Positions 50,177 through 61,409 of a DNA stretch of 64,000 nt are shown piece by piece. The notes under the pieces are model-generated. The model saw only the letters and a list, made by a program, of their open reading frames with translations, made no database searches and had not been told where the DNA came from. Made by a program: the position numbers and the translations under genes. The stretch lies in the NCBI GenBank assembly GCA_963786955.1, contig CAWBAT010000007.1:128001-192000 (forward strand). Reading direction: 5' to 3'. Every line of letters begins with the position of its first letter. Position 1 is the first letter of the stretch. Origin of the DNA: an uncultured Acidimicrobiia bacterium. GTDB taxonomy: Bacteria; Acidobacteriota; Terriglobia; Versatilivoradales; Versatilivoraceae.

Positions 50177-51160
50177 ATGATACGAAAGCAATGGATAATG
50201 ATCGGCAGCCTGGTGTTTGTCTTGACAGCACTCTGGTTTGGAATTGTACGTTGGGAAATGGAGGCGACTTCTAATGGCGTTACCAAAATTGCTCCAGGGG
50301 TCTGGTTCCGGGAAGGTGACCTCAAGGAGAAAGGGTACTGCAATAACATTTGGATTGAAATGAAAGACTATATCATTGTCGTTGATGCTAATTTCCCCAG
50401 CGGCGCTGAAGCTTGTCTGGTGGACATCAAGAAGACCAGCAGCAAGCCGGTCAAGTATGTCTTTGACACACATCATCATGGCGACCACGCCTACGGCAAT
50501 CCGGTGTGGACAAAACTGGGGGCGACCACCCTGGCTTATATTGGTGTCGCGGAGGAAATGAAGCGCTACGAACCCAAGCGCTGGCTGGAAGCAGCGAAGA
50601 CACGCGAAGATGTGGCAGCCTTGAATTTGCCAACAGCCGAGCCTCCCAAGCAGACGTTTGCGAGCAAAAAATATGTGTTGGAAGACTCAACGCGGAAGGT
50701 GGAATTCCATTTCTTTGGATGGGCCCATACCAGGGGTGACGGATTCGTCTACTTGCCAAAGGAAAAAATCCTCTGCACGGGAGATGCCGTCGTGAATGGA
50801 CCCTACAACTATATGGGAGACGGGAATGTGGGTAACTGGCCTGATGTGATCAATCACGCCCTTAAACTCGACGTGGTTACTGTTCTTCCAGGGCATGGAG
50901 TTCCTGGAAGTCGGGAGATGCTTCTCGGGGAACGGCAGTTTATCAATGAGCTCGAAAAAGCTGTTCGAGACGCGGTGAAATCAGGGAAGACACTGGAAGA
51001 TCTGGTCGTCAGGGAAGGTGACAAGTTGACAGGTGCCAAGATCCAGTTGCCTGAGTCGGTAAAGAACTGGGTGGGTGATTTCTTCCCCGGACAAATTGAA
51101 GTCGTCTATAAGGAAATCACGCTGGGAAAGCCACACGGGGAAATCAGCGGGGGAAAATAG
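50177..51160 (+). CDS. MBL-fold metallo-hydrolase (cyclase-like)
   Basis: THHHGDH, AHT.GD, GD, PGHG. Confidence 0.92.
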   Translation: MIRKQWIMIGSLVFVLTALWFGIVRWEMEATSNGVTKIAPGVWFREGDLKEKGYCNNIWIEMKDYIIVVDANFPSGAEACLVDIKKTSSKPVKYVFDTHHHGDHAYGNPVWTKLGATTLAYIGVAEEMKRYEPKRWLEAAKTREDVAALNLPTAEPPKQTFASKKYVLEDSTRKVEFHFFGWAHTRGDGFVYLPKEKILCTGDAVVNGPYNYMGDGNVGNWPDVINHALKLDVVTVLPGHGVPGSREMLLGERQFINELEKAVRDAVKSGKTLEDLVVREGDKLTGAKIQLPESVKNWVGDFFPGQIEVVYKEITLGKPHGEISGGK

Positions 51161-51205
51161 AAAGTGATTTTCGATCGAGCTTGAGGATTAGCGGCTAGGA
51201 GTGGG

Positions 51206-51334
51206 ATGCAGACCAGAAGAGATTTTTTCCAAATCGTGATGGGGCTGGGAACCGCGGCGTTGGTGGCGTTCAAGCAAAATGGCCTGGAGCGAGTTCTTGC
51301 TGCCTCCAAGGATGCGAATTCCCGCTCTTATTAG
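51206..51334 (+). pseudogene. truncated Tat-signal gene remnant
   Basis: AGGAG RBS; MQTRRDFF..MGLGTAALVAF...LERVLAA then stop after 42 aa, followed by a REP. Confidence 0.45.
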
Positions 51335-51453
51335 ATTGGTCTCTGGTCTTTCCTAGCTTTTGACCCTCACTCTTTTCTCAGAGAATTATCGGCTCCCTTC
51401 GCCCCAACGCGGGAGAGGGTTGGGGGTGAGGGGGATCTGCATAATCTTACGTA

Positions 51454-52008
51454 CTACCTCTCAAAGCTCTTTGCTCCAGGCCAGGGACCTGGGGGTAAGT
51501 CGGGAAGAGTCTTCCAGGCTCTTTCTTCCTTGAACAGCCGAAATCCTCTGGACTGATAATTTTTAAGAGCGAATGGGCCATCCAGCGTGCAAGTATGGAC
51601 CCAGACACGTGACGCGCCCATCTGCCAAGCGCGTCTCACCGCGGACGTGAGTAAGGCTCCACCTAGTTTCTTCCCGATGAAAGGTGCCAGCAGACCGAAA
51701 TAGGCGATTTCGATATTCCGATCTTCCTGCTTCTCCAATTCAAAATATCCAGCCACCGAGCCTGAAAGGTAACCTACCCAGGTTTCCAGTTCGGGTCGAT
51801 TCAGATATTCGAGCCATTGCGAATAGCTCCAGACCAAACGATCTATCCAATACCAGTCGCCTCCAACACTCGTATATAAGAAACGGTTCAACTCAGGGCA
51901 GGGGATTGCGGCACGCTTAACTTCAAACCCGGCCAAGGGAGGATCGACCCCACGAAGTTCTGAAGCGCTGAGCATCTCGAGATAGTAGGTAATGACCTCA
52001 GTTTTCAT
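51454..52008 (-). CDS. GNAT family N-acetyltransferase
   Basis: EIAYFGL...FIGKKLGG.LL, VHTCTLD, NYQ.RGF. Confidence 0.9.
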   Translation of the reverse strand: MKTEVITYYLEMLSASELRGVDPPLAGFEVKRAAIPCPELNRFLYTSVGGDWYWIDRLVWSYSQWLEYLNRPELETWVGYLSGSVAGYFELEKQEDRNIEIAYFGLLAPFIGKKLGGALLTSAVRRAWQMGASRVWVHTCTLDGPFALKNYQSRGFRLFKEERAWKTLPDLPPGPWPGAKSFER

Positions 52009-52024
52009 GAATTTGATAACACCT

Positions 52025-52113
52025 GTGGCGGCGGTCTATGACCGCCGACCGAAGCAACTGTAGCGGCGCTCTACGTGCGCCGACGAAGCATGGCGGTCAT
52101 AGACCGCTGCTAC
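52025..52113. repeat. REPIN-like palindrome
   Basis: gtggcggcggtctatgaccgcc ... ggcggtcatagaccgctgctac. Confidence 0.7.
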
Positions 52114-52127
52114 AGCCGACTAGCTCA

Positions 52128-53123
52128 TTACTGGGTAAATCCCTGACAGAGAAATGGCAACGACTCAGACAAGTGGAGGCTCACCAATTCCCAGCCATGA
52201 GGCTCATTCGGATGTTCCACAAATGTGTGGGGAACATGCCGTTCGCTTAACACAGCGTCGAGAGCTTTTATGCTTTGGCCCAAACCCATGATCGCGTTAT
52301 ACCGATCGGCGGTTCCGTAATCAAAATAAATTCTCAATCCTGCTAGATCCGTGGTCTTGGCCAAATCTAACGGGTTGTTGTTTCGCCATTTATGGAGATC
52401 CACCGGATTGCCAAAAATAGGCGTAATCATTTGTGTGAACCAATTAAACCGGCCGCTATTCTTGGTTTCTTCGGACATGTGCTCGGGTTCGTTCAAGAAC
52501 ACGATAGGAGAATGGGCAGCCGTGGCGGAATATAGATCTTTGTGCTTAAAAGCGATTTTAAGGGCGCCAAAACCACCCATCGAAGTTCCTCCGATAGCAC
52601 GCCACTTTGAACCTGTCTTGGCTCGGTAGTTTCTTTCAACGTATTGGATCAAGTCTTGATCAATGTAATCTTCATAGCGTTTGCTGCCATCGAGGTAGTT
52701 CGTGTAAAAACTGTTGTCTCCTTTTGGGTGGACCATCAAGATTTCAGGAATTTTCTTTTCCAGGATCAGTTGATCTACGGTTTGGTGCAGATGGCCGTAA
52801 TGATCCACGATCCAACTGGTATGATCATTATTGAGTCCATGGAGGAAATAAACCACGGGATAGCTTCTCTGGCTCCTGTGGTAGGAAGGGGGAAGGAAAA
52901 TCGAGTACTCGCGATTTTCTTTCAAGGACGCGCTAGGAAAGCTGCCAAATACGACTTGAGAACCGCTCGGCAACTGAATAGGGCTTTTGTCTTCGAGTTG
53001 TCGTTCGTCTTTAGGACCATCAAGTGATTTCGCGCTGGACTCAATCGAGCTGATTTCCCATGTGAATCCAATTGAAAGGCTGATGAATCCGGCGAGGAGT
53101 ATGCAAGTGCGGAATGATTTCAT
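52128..53123 (-). CDS. exported esterase (alpha/beta hydrolase, CE1-like)
   Basis: YPVVYFLHG, GTSMGG, H.W. Confidence 0.88.
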   Translation of the reverse strand: MKSFRTCILLAGFISLSIGFTWEISSIESSAKSLDGPKDERQLEDKSPIQLPSGSQVVFGSFPSASLKENREYSIFLPPSYHRSQRSYPVVYFLHGLNNDHTSWIVDHYGHLHQTVDQLILEKKIPEILMVHPKGDNSFYTNYLDGSKRYEDYIDQDLIQYVERNYRAKTGSKWRAIGGTSMGGFGALKIAFKHKDLYSATAAHSPIVFLNEPEHMSEETKNSGRFNWFTQMITPIFGNPVDLHKWRNNNPLDLAKTTDLAGLRIYFDYGTADRYNAIMGLGQSIKALDAVLSERHVPHTFVEHPNEPHGWELVSLHLSESLPFLCQGFTQ

Positions 53124-53433
53124 ATTTCTTCCCTTCTGGCGTTGCTATAGGGGCGAAGCATTCTTCATCCAGCAATAGGTTTTTCCTGACCTGCCGATCA
53201 GCGAACGCTTCACCCTTACAATGATGCTATCCTTTCACTCTTCGTCACAATACTTAGCATTACCGTGCTGGAGTTTCCATATTAATTTGAGGTTCATGGA
53301 GAACTTTTCGTTATAATAGAAATTTTGGGAGACGAGTCAATCAGCTCAGCTTCCTTACCGCATTTATGATCACGACGAGTTTCCGTTAGAGGGGTTGAAT
53401 TATTTGCAAGTATCATGGAGTCGATCCAGCGTG

Positions 53434-54828
53434 ATGAATCCAAAGACACTTTTTGAAAAGATCTGGGAGGCCCATGTTGTTATGGAGGAGTCGGGGAAGC
53501 CTTCCTTGATCTATATCGATCGACACTTGGTCCACGAAGTCACCTCACCCCAGGCATTTGAGGGTTTGAGGCTGGCCGGAAGGAAGATCCGCAGACCGGA
53601 TCTGACTTTTGCCACCATGGATCACAATGTGCCGACGACACGGCGCGGGTCTCCGATCGAAGATCCCATTTCGGCCCAGCAGATCGAGACGCTGGCAGTC
53701 AACTGCAGGGAATTTGGCGTCACGTTGTACGATTTGAATAGCCCCGAGCAGGGGATTGTGCATGTCATCGGTCCTGAACTCGGGCTCACTTTACCTGGGC
53801 TCACCCTGGTTTGTGGAGACAGCCACACGTCTACGCATGGGGCTTTTGGAGTTCTGGCGTTTGGAATTGGAACCAGTGAAGTGGAACATGTTCTCGCGAC
53901 CCAATGCCTGCTTCAGGAAAGGCCCAAGACTTTTCTCATTCAGGTGGAGGGGCAAAGACCTTACGGTGTCGAGGCAAAGGATATCATTCTTTCCGTTATC
54001 GGGCGGATTGGGACAGGCGGGGGAATGGGGTACGTGATCGAATACGCCGGAGAGGCCATCCGCAACCTCAGCATGGAAGAGCGAATGACTGTCTGCAACA
54101 TGTCGATTGAGGGAGGTGCAAGGGCCGGCATGGTTGCCCCCGACCAGAAGACCTTTGATTATCTGCGAGGGCGGCGATTTGCTCCGAAGGACTTTGACGC
54201 GGCCGTTCAGCGATGGCAGCAGCTGAACAGTGACCCGGGGGCTATCTTTGATCGGACTTTGGAAATGAAAGCTTCCGAACTTACTCCTCAGGTTACCTGG
54301 GGAACTAATCCGGGACAGGTGATTTCAGTGGATGCCCGAGTGCCTAGACCTTCAGACTTCTCTGACCCGAATTCCCGTAGGTCCGCCGAGCATGCCCTGG
54401 AATACATGGGTTTGAAACCAGGAACCCCGATCACGGAGATCCCCATTGATCGTGTGTTCATTGGTTCCTGTACGAATTCCCGCTTGGAGGATCTACGCGC
54501 GGTTGCTCGTTTTATTGCGGGGAAAAAGGTTTCTGGCAAGGTCTATGCCATGGTTGTTCCTGGCTCGCAGGAAGTCAAACGATTGGCAGAGAAAGAAGGG
54601 CTGGACCGAATCTTCAAGGAGGCAGGTTTTGATTGGCGTGAGTCCGGCTGCAGCATGTGCTTGGGAATGAATCCCGATATTCTCAAACCAGGTGAGCGCT
54701 GCGCCTCAACCTCGAACCGGAACTTCGAAGGGCGTCAGGGAAAAGGTGGAAGAACCCATCTCGTTAGCCCGATTATGGCTGCGGCCGCGGCTATCCAGGG
54801 ACATTTCGTTGATGTCCGGCAATATTAG
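53434..54828 (+). CDS. leuC: 3-isopropylmalate dehydratase large subunit
   Basis: [41 protein letters not shown]. Confidence 0.98.
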   Translation: MNPKTLFEKIWEAHVVMEESGKPSLIYIDRHLVHEVTSPQAFEGLRLAGRKIRRPDLTFATMDHNVPTTRRGSPIEDPISAQQIETLAVNCREFGVTLYDLNSPEQGIVHVIGPELGLTLPGLTLVCGDSHTSTHGAFGVLAFGIGTSEVEHVLATQCLLQERPKTFLIQVEGQRPYGVEAKDIILSVIGRIGTGGGMGYVIEYAGEAIRNLSMEERMTVCNMSIEGGARAGMVAPDQKTFDYLRGRRFAPKDFDAAVQRWQQLNSDPGAIFDRTLEMKASELTPQVTWGTNPGQVISVDARVPRPSDFSDPNSRRSAEHALEYMGLKPGTPITEIPIDRVFIGSCTNSRLEDLRAVARFIAGKKVSGKVYAMVVPGSQEVKRLAEKEGLDRIFKEAGFDWRESGCSMCLGMNPDILKPGERCASTSNRNFEGRQGKGGRTHLVSPIMAAAAAIQGHFVDVRQY

Positions 54829-54850
54829 TTGTGCGCAGGAAGGAGAAAGA

Positions 54851-55453
54851 ATGGAACCATTTACCAAGCTCAAAGGGGTTGTCGCTTTGCTGGATCTGCC
54901 CAATGTCGACACCGATCAGATCATTCCTAAGCAATTCTTGAAGCGAATCGAACGGACCGGGTTTGGGCAATTTCTCTTTTATGACTGGCGTTTTGTGGAT
55001 GGAAAGGAATTGAATCGCGAATTTGAAATGAATCAGGAACGTTATCGCGGGGCTCAGATTCTGGTGACCCGAGCCAATTTCGGTTGTGGTTCCTCACGCG
55101 AACACGCTCCCTGGGCATTGCAGGATTACGGCTTTCGCTGCGTGATTGCCCCTTCTTTCGCCGATATCTTCTATAGCAACTGCTTCAAGAACGGGATGTT
55201 ACCCATTCGTTTGGGAGAAGTTCAGATTGAGGAACTCTTTCAGCGGGTACGCAAAACTCCAGGATACACTTTGAATGTCGATCTGCAGGGGAATCGAGTC
55301 CATTCCGATGATGGATTGGTTTTCCGCTTTGAAGTGGAAGAGTTTCGGCGTCATTGCCTGCTCAACGGCTTTGATGATATCGGCCTCACCATGCAGAACC
55401 AGGATAGCATTCGACAATACGAAGAAACCCACCCCGTAGTGATTCCCCGCTGA
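54851..55453 (+). CDS. leuD: 3-isopropylmalate dehydratase small subunit
   Basis: [24 protein letters not shown]; ATG 54851 after AGGAG. Confidence 0.98.
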   Translation: MEPFTKLKGVVALLDLPNVDTDQIIPKQFLKRIERTGFGQFLFYDWRFVDGKELNREFEMNQERYRGAQILVTRANFGCGSSREHAPWALQDYGFRCVIAPSFADIFYSNCFKNGMLPIRLGEVQIEELFQRVRKTPGYTLNVDLQGNRVHSDDGLVFRFEVEEFRRHCLLNGFDDIGLTMQNQDSIRQYEETHPVVIPR

Positions 55454-55508
55454 GGGCAGCATTTCATCTATTCACTGATCTGTCTTAGGATTGACGCCGT
55501 TGGAAAAT

Positions 55509-55551
55509 AAAAAAAGGGCCGAAGAGGGGAATTCTTTTCGGCCCTTTCTTT
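55509..55551. terminator. bidirectional intrinsic terminator between leuD and tRNA-Phe
   Basis: aaaaaaagggccgaagag...cttttcggccctttcttt. Confidence 0.75.
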
Positions 55552-55599
55552 CCTCTCCGCTTTTGTGGAGCGCAGAGGCTTTTTGAAGGTGGGTTACGA

Positions 55600-55675
55600 T
55601 GGTGCCCAGGGACGGAGTTGAACCGCCGACGCCAGCCTTTTCAGGGCTGCGCTCTACCGCCTGAGCTACCTGGGC
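55600..55675 (-). tRNA. tRNA-Phe(GAA)
   Basis: GCCCAGG...CAGCC-CTGAAAA-GGCTG...GGTTCAACTCC...CCTGGGC-ACCA; 76 nt with encoded CCA. Confidence 0.97.
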
Positions 55676-56076
55676 ACAATCAGGGCTTCCCTTACGGAAA
55701 GCGCACGAAGTATAGAGAAACTATCCAGGGAGTTCAAGGGATTTTTGGTTGCAGCTAGGGATCGCTGCAACTCCAAGCGCAGAGGGGGGCGGTGTCGACG
55801 GCAGACCTAATCGTTTTCGAAGCCCGAAACTATGGTCCAACCGGAGGACCTCAGTTTCATGATGAAGTGTTCTCTAACTCTCAGCGAGCGCTACAGTTTC
55901 TGCTCAATCCTTGCTGTCGCTTCGAAACCAAGCCGACTGATGCGAGAGGGCTAACAAAGTAGATAGAACGGGTTTGTTTCAACGGAACATTTCTGAGTCC
56001 CCTCTCAGGTGGGGCGGAGAATATGGCCGCCAGGAAGTTTTGACCCAACAATTTTCGCTATGCGGGAGGATCACTA

Positions 56077-58359
56077 ATGACCGCTAGAATGACTCGCCGT
56101 CATTTTCTGGAGACTGGGACGGCCGGCATGCTCGCCGGCGTGATCGGAGCCTCAAAAGACCGCATTCAAGCATCAGAAGGTTCAACCAAACCAGCTTCCA
56201 CGGCTCCCAGTTTCGAAGACTACGCTACGATTGAGGCCTCTTGTAATGGGTTTCCGGTCTATTCCCTTGGCAACATCGCCTATATTTATGCGGTGAGCCC
56301 AGACCTGTACCCGGGGACCATCATGCAAGAGGGCAACACCAACCCCCAGGTCAAGATCAAGCCGAAAAAGTCTTGGGAGATTAAGCGCAATCCTTTTGGT
56401 GTGACGATAGCCGAACCGGGCCCGCGGACGATGTGGAACGACAATCAGTCTATGCTGCCCATCCACCTAATCGACGGCGACCCGGATACGGCTTGGAGCA
56501 GTTACGGCAGCCAAGTGCCCGACGAACGCCCGGAATGGATCCGAATCGATCTGCCAATGGAATCGATCGTAAAAGCGGTCAGTCTGGTTTGTAGCCAGGA
56601 TTTCGCAGGAGCGAAGTTGTGGGAAGAAGGTAAGCTTATTGACATCCAGGACTACCACAAGTGGGCGGGCAGAGCTTTGCCGAACGAACTGACTATCGAG
56701 ACAAGCCGCGATGCCTGGCACTGGGAAGTGGCTTACGAGACCAAGAACTTCTCCGGAAACGAATCGGGGCCGGCGGTAATCGAGTTCGAACCCACCGATA
56801 AGAACGCCAACAAGCCCAGAATTATTCAGTCCCAAAAAGGCGCGACGGTGATCGAGTTCAAGCCCCGCGCAGCCAAGCAAGTCCGCATTACCGGCCGTAA
56901 TTTCAAACGCAGACTCGACAAGTATGTCGGGTACGCATTCTCGATTGGCGAAGTGGAGGTGTGGGACTCAGGCGGACAGAACGTGGCGTTGCTGTCCCGC
57001 GGAGCTGGCGTGACCGTGTCCTCGACGTCTTACTTGATGAACCACGATCGCCTTACTCAGAACTTCCTCTTTGGCCCAGTGGAGTACGACCTCGGGCTCA
57101 AATACATCCGGATTGGCGCAGATAACGGGCTGCTCACGTGGAACTCCGTCGAACGCGAGAAAGGGAAGATGGAGGTTGACCCTGTAGCTGAGCAGACGGT
57201 GACGGAGTTGCATCGCAATGGTATTACCGTGATTCTGAATCTCGATGTCAAAGCCAATTTCGTTTACAAGGGGCGGAAATTGGACTGGAGTCAGGTGCGC
57301 ACGCGGGAGATCAACAACATTTACTATGACCATCCTGGCTGGTGCTGGGAGACGCCGAAGATGTTCGAAGGCTACCTGCATTATGTGGATTTCATGGTGC
57401 GCCACTTCAAGGACCGGGTCGGCTACTGGGAGATCGGCAATGAGTGGGCTGGCCCCAGAGATGTTTACGAGCGGGCGGTTCGCGGGATCAAGAAAATCGA
57501 CCCCAATGCACGGATCATGGTCGGTGTCGGCAGGATGTCCCAGTTCCGGGAAACGCTGGAGAAATGGGTCAAAGAAATTCCCCAAGAGGACTTACCTCTG
57601 CTGATGCCGGATGCCGTCGGGTCCCATCCGGGTACGCGGGTGGATGCCGGGCTCACCTTGGACGACCTCCACTCCTTTTATTGGCAGGAAAACAGGACGG
57701 CCATAAAGGAATGCAATGCGCTTGGCTTCAAGGGCCGGTATATTGCCAGCGAGGTTTATAGCTGGTGTTTATATCCGCCTGGCCCACGTGAACTCAATAG
57801 AGATGAGCCGCGGTATGCCAACTACTACGGAGAATCTGAGATCGTCCGGGCCAAGTATCTGGCTCAAAACCTAGTCGGCCATGCAGGTCTGAACATGCTG
57901 GCGTTCCAGTGCAATACTTATTTCGTTTCAGCCTCAGTTGGCCAATCCCTGTTTCGTGTTCCTGTTCCTTCGCAGACGATTAACGCCGTGCAACCCGATG
58001 CCGGCTACTACACGTTACGAACCCTCAGCACTGTGCTGGATGATTGGACCGGCGTCTCCTTCCCTGTAAAGTTCAGCAGCGGCGACAAGTTTGAGACGTT
58101 TACATTGAAACGTGGTGACGGGGAGTTGATGGTGGCGGCGTGGCTTCCCGGGAACACGACTGACGGGGTTGTAGAAGCAACTACGGACGTGACGCTGCCT
58201 GGAGTAAGCGCAAAGGAGGCTTGGGTGATCGACGTTCTGAACGGCACGGAGCAGAAACTGATTTTCACTACCGACCAGGGCGACACTGTAATCAGGAGAC
58301 TCAGGATTAAGGATTACCCAACGCTGCTTCGGTTAACCCCGTGTGGCCAAAAAACTTAA
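56077..58359 (+). CDS. Tat-exported discoidin-domain plus clan GH-A-like glycoside hydrolase
   Basis: TRRHFL signal; LIDGDPDTAWSS discoidin; YWEIGNE acid/base and ASE nucleophile-like motifs. Confidence 0.65.
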   Translation: MTARMTRRHFLETGTAGMLAGVIGASKDRIQASEGSTKPASTAPSFEDYATIEASCNGFPVYSLGNIAYIYAVSPDLYPGTIMQEGNTNPQVKIKPKKSWEIKRNPFGVTIAEPGPRTMWNDNQSMLPIHLIDGDPDTAWSSYGSQVPDERPEWIRIDLPMESIVKAVSLVCSQDFAGAKLWEEGKLIDIQDYHKWAGRALPNELTIETSRDAWHWEVAYETKNFSGNESGPAVIEFEPTDKNANKPRIIQSQKGATVIEFKPRAAKQVRITGRNFKRRLDKYVGYAFSIGEVEVWDSGGQNVALLSRGAGVTVSSTSYLMNHDRLTQNFLFGPVEYDLGLKYIRIGADNGLLTWNSVEREKGKMEVDPVAEQTVTELHRNGITVILNLDVKANFVYKGRKLDWSQVRTREINNIYYDHPGWCWETPKMFEGYLHYVDFMVRHFKDRVGYWEIGNEWAGPRDVYERAVRGIKKIDPNARIMVGVGRMSQFRETLEKWVKEIPQEDLPLLMPDAVGSHPGTRVDAGLTLDDLHSFYWQENRTAIKECNALGFKGRYIASEVYSWCLYPPGPRELNRDEPRYANYYGESEIVRAKYLAQNLVGHAGLNMLAFQCNTYFVSASVGQSLFRVPVPSQTINAVQPDAGYYTLRTLSTVLDDWTGVSFPVKFSSGDKFETFTLKRGDGELMVAAWLPGNTTDGVVEATTDVTLPGVSAKEAWVIDVLNGTEQKLIFTTDQGDTVIRRLRIKDYPTLLRLTPCGQKT

Positions 58360-58443
58360 AGCGACCGTTCCACCGGTCCTCAATCTATGGTTACTCCATA
58401 CTCCGGTCCCAACTAATCAGCGAGCCTTCCTATTTGGCGACAG

Positions 58444-59247
58444 GTGGTCTATCATTCCAAAAGAGGCGGTACGAATACGCCTCCAAGTTCGATGATTAGA
58501 CCCTATCGATGGCTGGCCCAGTATTACGACGAGCTCTTTTCGTCTCTTCGACTCCCGATCAATTCGGCGCGGGAGAGAGTACTGGGCCGGATCTTGCCCC
58601 ACGTTGAAACCGCCTGCGATCTGGCGTGCGGCACGGGAACGACTGCTCTGATCCTGGCCCGCAGGGGGATCAAAACCTACGCTGTGGATCTATCCCCGCT
58701 GATGTGCCGACTTGCCCGCGAGAAGGCTCGTCGCGCCCGCCTGTCTGTACAGGTACTTCGAGGTGACATGAGGAGTTTTCAGCTTCCGGAATCAGTGGAT
58801 CTCATTACTTGCGAATTCGATGCGCTCAATCATGTGCCGCGCCGAGCCGACTTGCGGAAAGTGGCGAAAGCCGTGGGTCGAGCACTGCGGCCCGGCGGGC
58901 ACTTTTTCTTCGATGTCAACAACTCCCTTGGATTTCAGCGCTACTGGTCGGGTACCGTCTGGTTCGAGAATCCGGGCGTGGCGGTCGTGATGCGCAATGG
59001 CCATAATGGGCAAGCTGACAGGGCTTGGATCGATATTGAATGGTTCATCCGGGACGGAAGCTGCTGGCGCCGGCATTACGAACGCGTGGAAGAGGTCTGC
59101 TGGGATTCTGACGAGATCCGTCGTATTTTCTTAGCGACAGGCTTTGACCAGCTGCGTGGCTGGGATGCAGCTCCCTTCTTTAAGAACAATCCTCTGATCG
59201 GTCGTGGTTGCCGCACAATTTATCTGGCCCATAAATCCCGAGCCTGA
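58444..59247 (+). CDS. class I SAM-dependent methyltransferase
   Basis: DLACGTG, VDLSP.M, GDMR, DALNH, LRPGG.FFFD. Confidence 0.92.
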   Translation: MVYHSKRGGTNTPPSSMIRPYRWLAQYYDELFSSLRLPINSARERVLGRILPHVETACDLACGTGTTALILARRGIKTYAVDLSPLMCRLAREKARRARLSVQVLRGDMRSFQLPESVDLITCEFDALNHVPRRADLRKVAKAVGRALRPGGHFFFDVNNSLGFQRYWSGTVWFENPGVAVVMRNGHNGQADRAWIDIEWFIRDGSCWRRHYERVEEVCWDSDEIRRIFLATGFDQLRGWDAAPFFKNNPLIGRGCRTIYLAHKSRA

Positions 59248-59589
59248 AGGCTCCCTGGAATATGACCCTGCCGTAAGGTGGCCGGCGAGGCGTTTCGGTC
59301 GCGTTGCATTTTGGCCCACATTGCGGCCGTATAGTCGGGAAACCGGAGATTGGGAATGGATCGCAAAGAACCGCCAATTGTGGATCGTAGGTGACCAGCA
59401 AGGGAATCACCTCAGCCCGGGTCGCACAATCCACGAGATGGGTCCACGAAAGCCGCGGAAAGCACGTCAATTTTGGCTACCAGGGGACTACCTTGAAGAA
59501 TGATGAAACACGAACGGGTGTGACGCTTAGAGAGGATTGTCCCAAGAACTGATGGCTATTGTACGGAACTAATGCGAATTGAGACGAGG

Positions 59590-60138
59590 TTATTTCTGTT
59601 TTGAGGTTTTCCCAATCCAATAGAAAAAGACGATGATCAGGCAAGCTGGCAAAACGGGACCCCACCAGCCTTTGAAACCTAGTAGGTTGATGACTGAAGG
59701 GCCGCCCCAGGCGACTAAAGCGAGGATGAGGCCGGCCCAAGCCATCCCGCTAATCAAGCTGAATAGGCTGAAATGCAAGGCCGGAACTCCTGAGTACGCA
59801 CAGGCGGCGGGGATGGCGATTCGCAACCCTGGTAGAAATCGGGAAGCCAGTATCATGCTCGTGGCATGTCGCCGAACTTTTTCTACGATCTGCTTGCCTT
59901 TGGCCGCGATAGCAGGGAAGCGGTCCAGCAGATGCCAAAAGCGCCCTCGGCAGACGTAATAGTAAAACTGATCTCCAGCGGAGCCACCGAGAGCCCCTGC
60001 GGCAAAAACCCCCAAAGGATTGAGCTTTCCCAGACCTACCAGGACACTGGCCGCGACAAAGACCACCTCTCCCTCGACGGCGGCAGCAAGAAATATCGCG
60101 AAATAGGCAAATATTCCGGGCCAAGTTTCCAAGCTCAT
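59590..60138 (-). CDS. DedA family membrane protein
   Basis: EGE..., GDQFYY, SRFLPGLR. Confidence 0.88.
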   Translation of the reverse strand: MSLETWPGIFAYFAIFLAAAVEGEVVFVAASVLVGLGKLNPLGVFAAGALGGSAGDQFYYYVCRGRFWHLLDRFPAIAAKGKQIVEKVRRHATSMILASRFLPGLRIAIPAACAYSGVPALHFSLFSLISGMAWAGLILALVAWGGPSVINLLGFKGWWGPVLPACLIIVFFYWIGKTSKQK

Positions 60139-61409
60139 TTCATCCCTTCTTTGGCAGGAGACATGTTTTGTCCTGAATGTGAAGTGACCGCGGCCCGAAC
60201 TCTCTCAGCCACAAGAGTAACCTGTGATTCGGAAAGGCTCTCATAGATCGGGAGCTGCACTGCGTTGGCTGCACGTTCCGCCCCTGTGGCACGGGAATTC
60301 GTGCCAAACAAGGGAAGCTGTGTGCAGAGGTCGACGTGCAGCGTCTCGACGTCAACACCTCGCCGGATGCAGCGTCTCACGAGGTCGTCCCGATCCGGTA
60401 CGTAGACGCAGTATTGATAGTAAACGTGCTGTCTCTCGGGCGGTACCTTGGGAGGCACCACTCCAGGAAGGTCTTTCAGTATCTGGTCCATCATTCGAGC
60501 ATGCGATTGGGTTCTGCTGGTCCATTCCTCCAGATGCTCCAGCCCCGCCAGACCCAGGGTTGCCTGAACGTTTGAATACTTCCGAGTGTAGGAACTGGGC
60601 AGCGGCGAGAGGGGCTGTATCTTTTCCCACAAGTAGACGTCGGGCCGTGCGTTCAACCAGGATGCGCCGTAAAGGATAGGGAAGGCGGAGAAAGTAAACG
60701 CGGCGGGTCGAGTCAAGATCCTTTGAATTCTCCCCTGGAGAAACCTTTTCAAAATCTCTTTGGGAAGAGGATCGGGCTCAGCAGTCGCCAAATCAGCTAC
60801 GCGCTTGGCAAGAGACGACTCTCTTACAACCGCCATCCCTCCACCGTAAGTGTTTAATGGCTTCAAGGTTTGAAAGCTAAAGAAACTGGCATCACTTAAA
60901 GTCCCAACTTTTTGCCCTTTGTAAGTTGCCCCTAGCGAATGAGCGCAATCCTCAATAACCGCTAATTGTCTTCTTCTCGCAATTGAAAGGATCGAGTCCA
61001 TGTCACAAGGCAAGCCGTAGAGATGCGTGGGTACAACCGCCACGGTATCCGCCGTGACAGCACGTTCGAAAGCTTCTGGATCCAAGTTAAACGTCTCCGC
61101 ATCAATATCGACGAAGACTGGCTTGAAGCCAGCCACTCGCGCCAGTTCCGGGATAACCCAAAAGGTTAGTGCGGGGAAAATAATCTCGGAACCTGGAGGG
61201 AATTGAAACGCCTTGAGGATGTAAAGGAAGGCCATTCGGCCATAAGAGGTGGCAATGGCATGGCTTCCGCCCAAACGCTTTGCAAAGGCCTTTTCAAATA
61301 ACGCAATGGAAGGACCTCGGATCAGCTCATCTCGTTTCTTGCACTCCGCAATGATTTGCTCTGTGTTGGGAATGACTCTCGGGCCATACCGGGAAATTGC
61401 CTTCAACAT
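60135..61409 (-). CDS. DegT/DnrJ/EryC1/StrS PLP aminotransferase
   Basis: PTHLYGLPCD, IEDCAHSLG, FSFQTLKPL..YGGG. Confidence 0.9.
   Translation of the reverse strand: MLKAISRYGPRVIPNTEQIIAECKKRDELIRGPSIALFEKAFAKRLGGSHAIATSYGRMAFLYILKAFQFPPGSEIIFPALTFWVIPELARVAGFKPVFVDIDAETFNLDPEAFERAVTADTVAVVPTHLYGLPCDMDSILSIARRRQLAVIEDCAHSLGATYKGQKVGTLSDASFFSFQTLKPLNTYGGGMAVVRESSLAKRVADLATAEPDPLPKEILKRFLQGRIQRILTRPAAFTFSAFPILYGASWLNARPDVYLWEKIQPLSPLPSSYTRKYSNVQATLGLAGLEHLEEWTSRTQSHARMMDQILKDLPGVVPPKVPPERQHVYYQYCVYVPDRDDLVRRCIRRGVDVETLHVDLCTQLPLFGTNSRATGAERAANAVQLPIYESLSESQVTLVAERVRAAVTSHSGQNMSPAKEGMK

Noticed and set aside
55600-59500. tRNA-anchored genomic island or prophage
   Set aside because: No integrase, phage genes or duplicated tRNA 3' end seen; the tRNA 3' end faces leuD with only a terminator between them.
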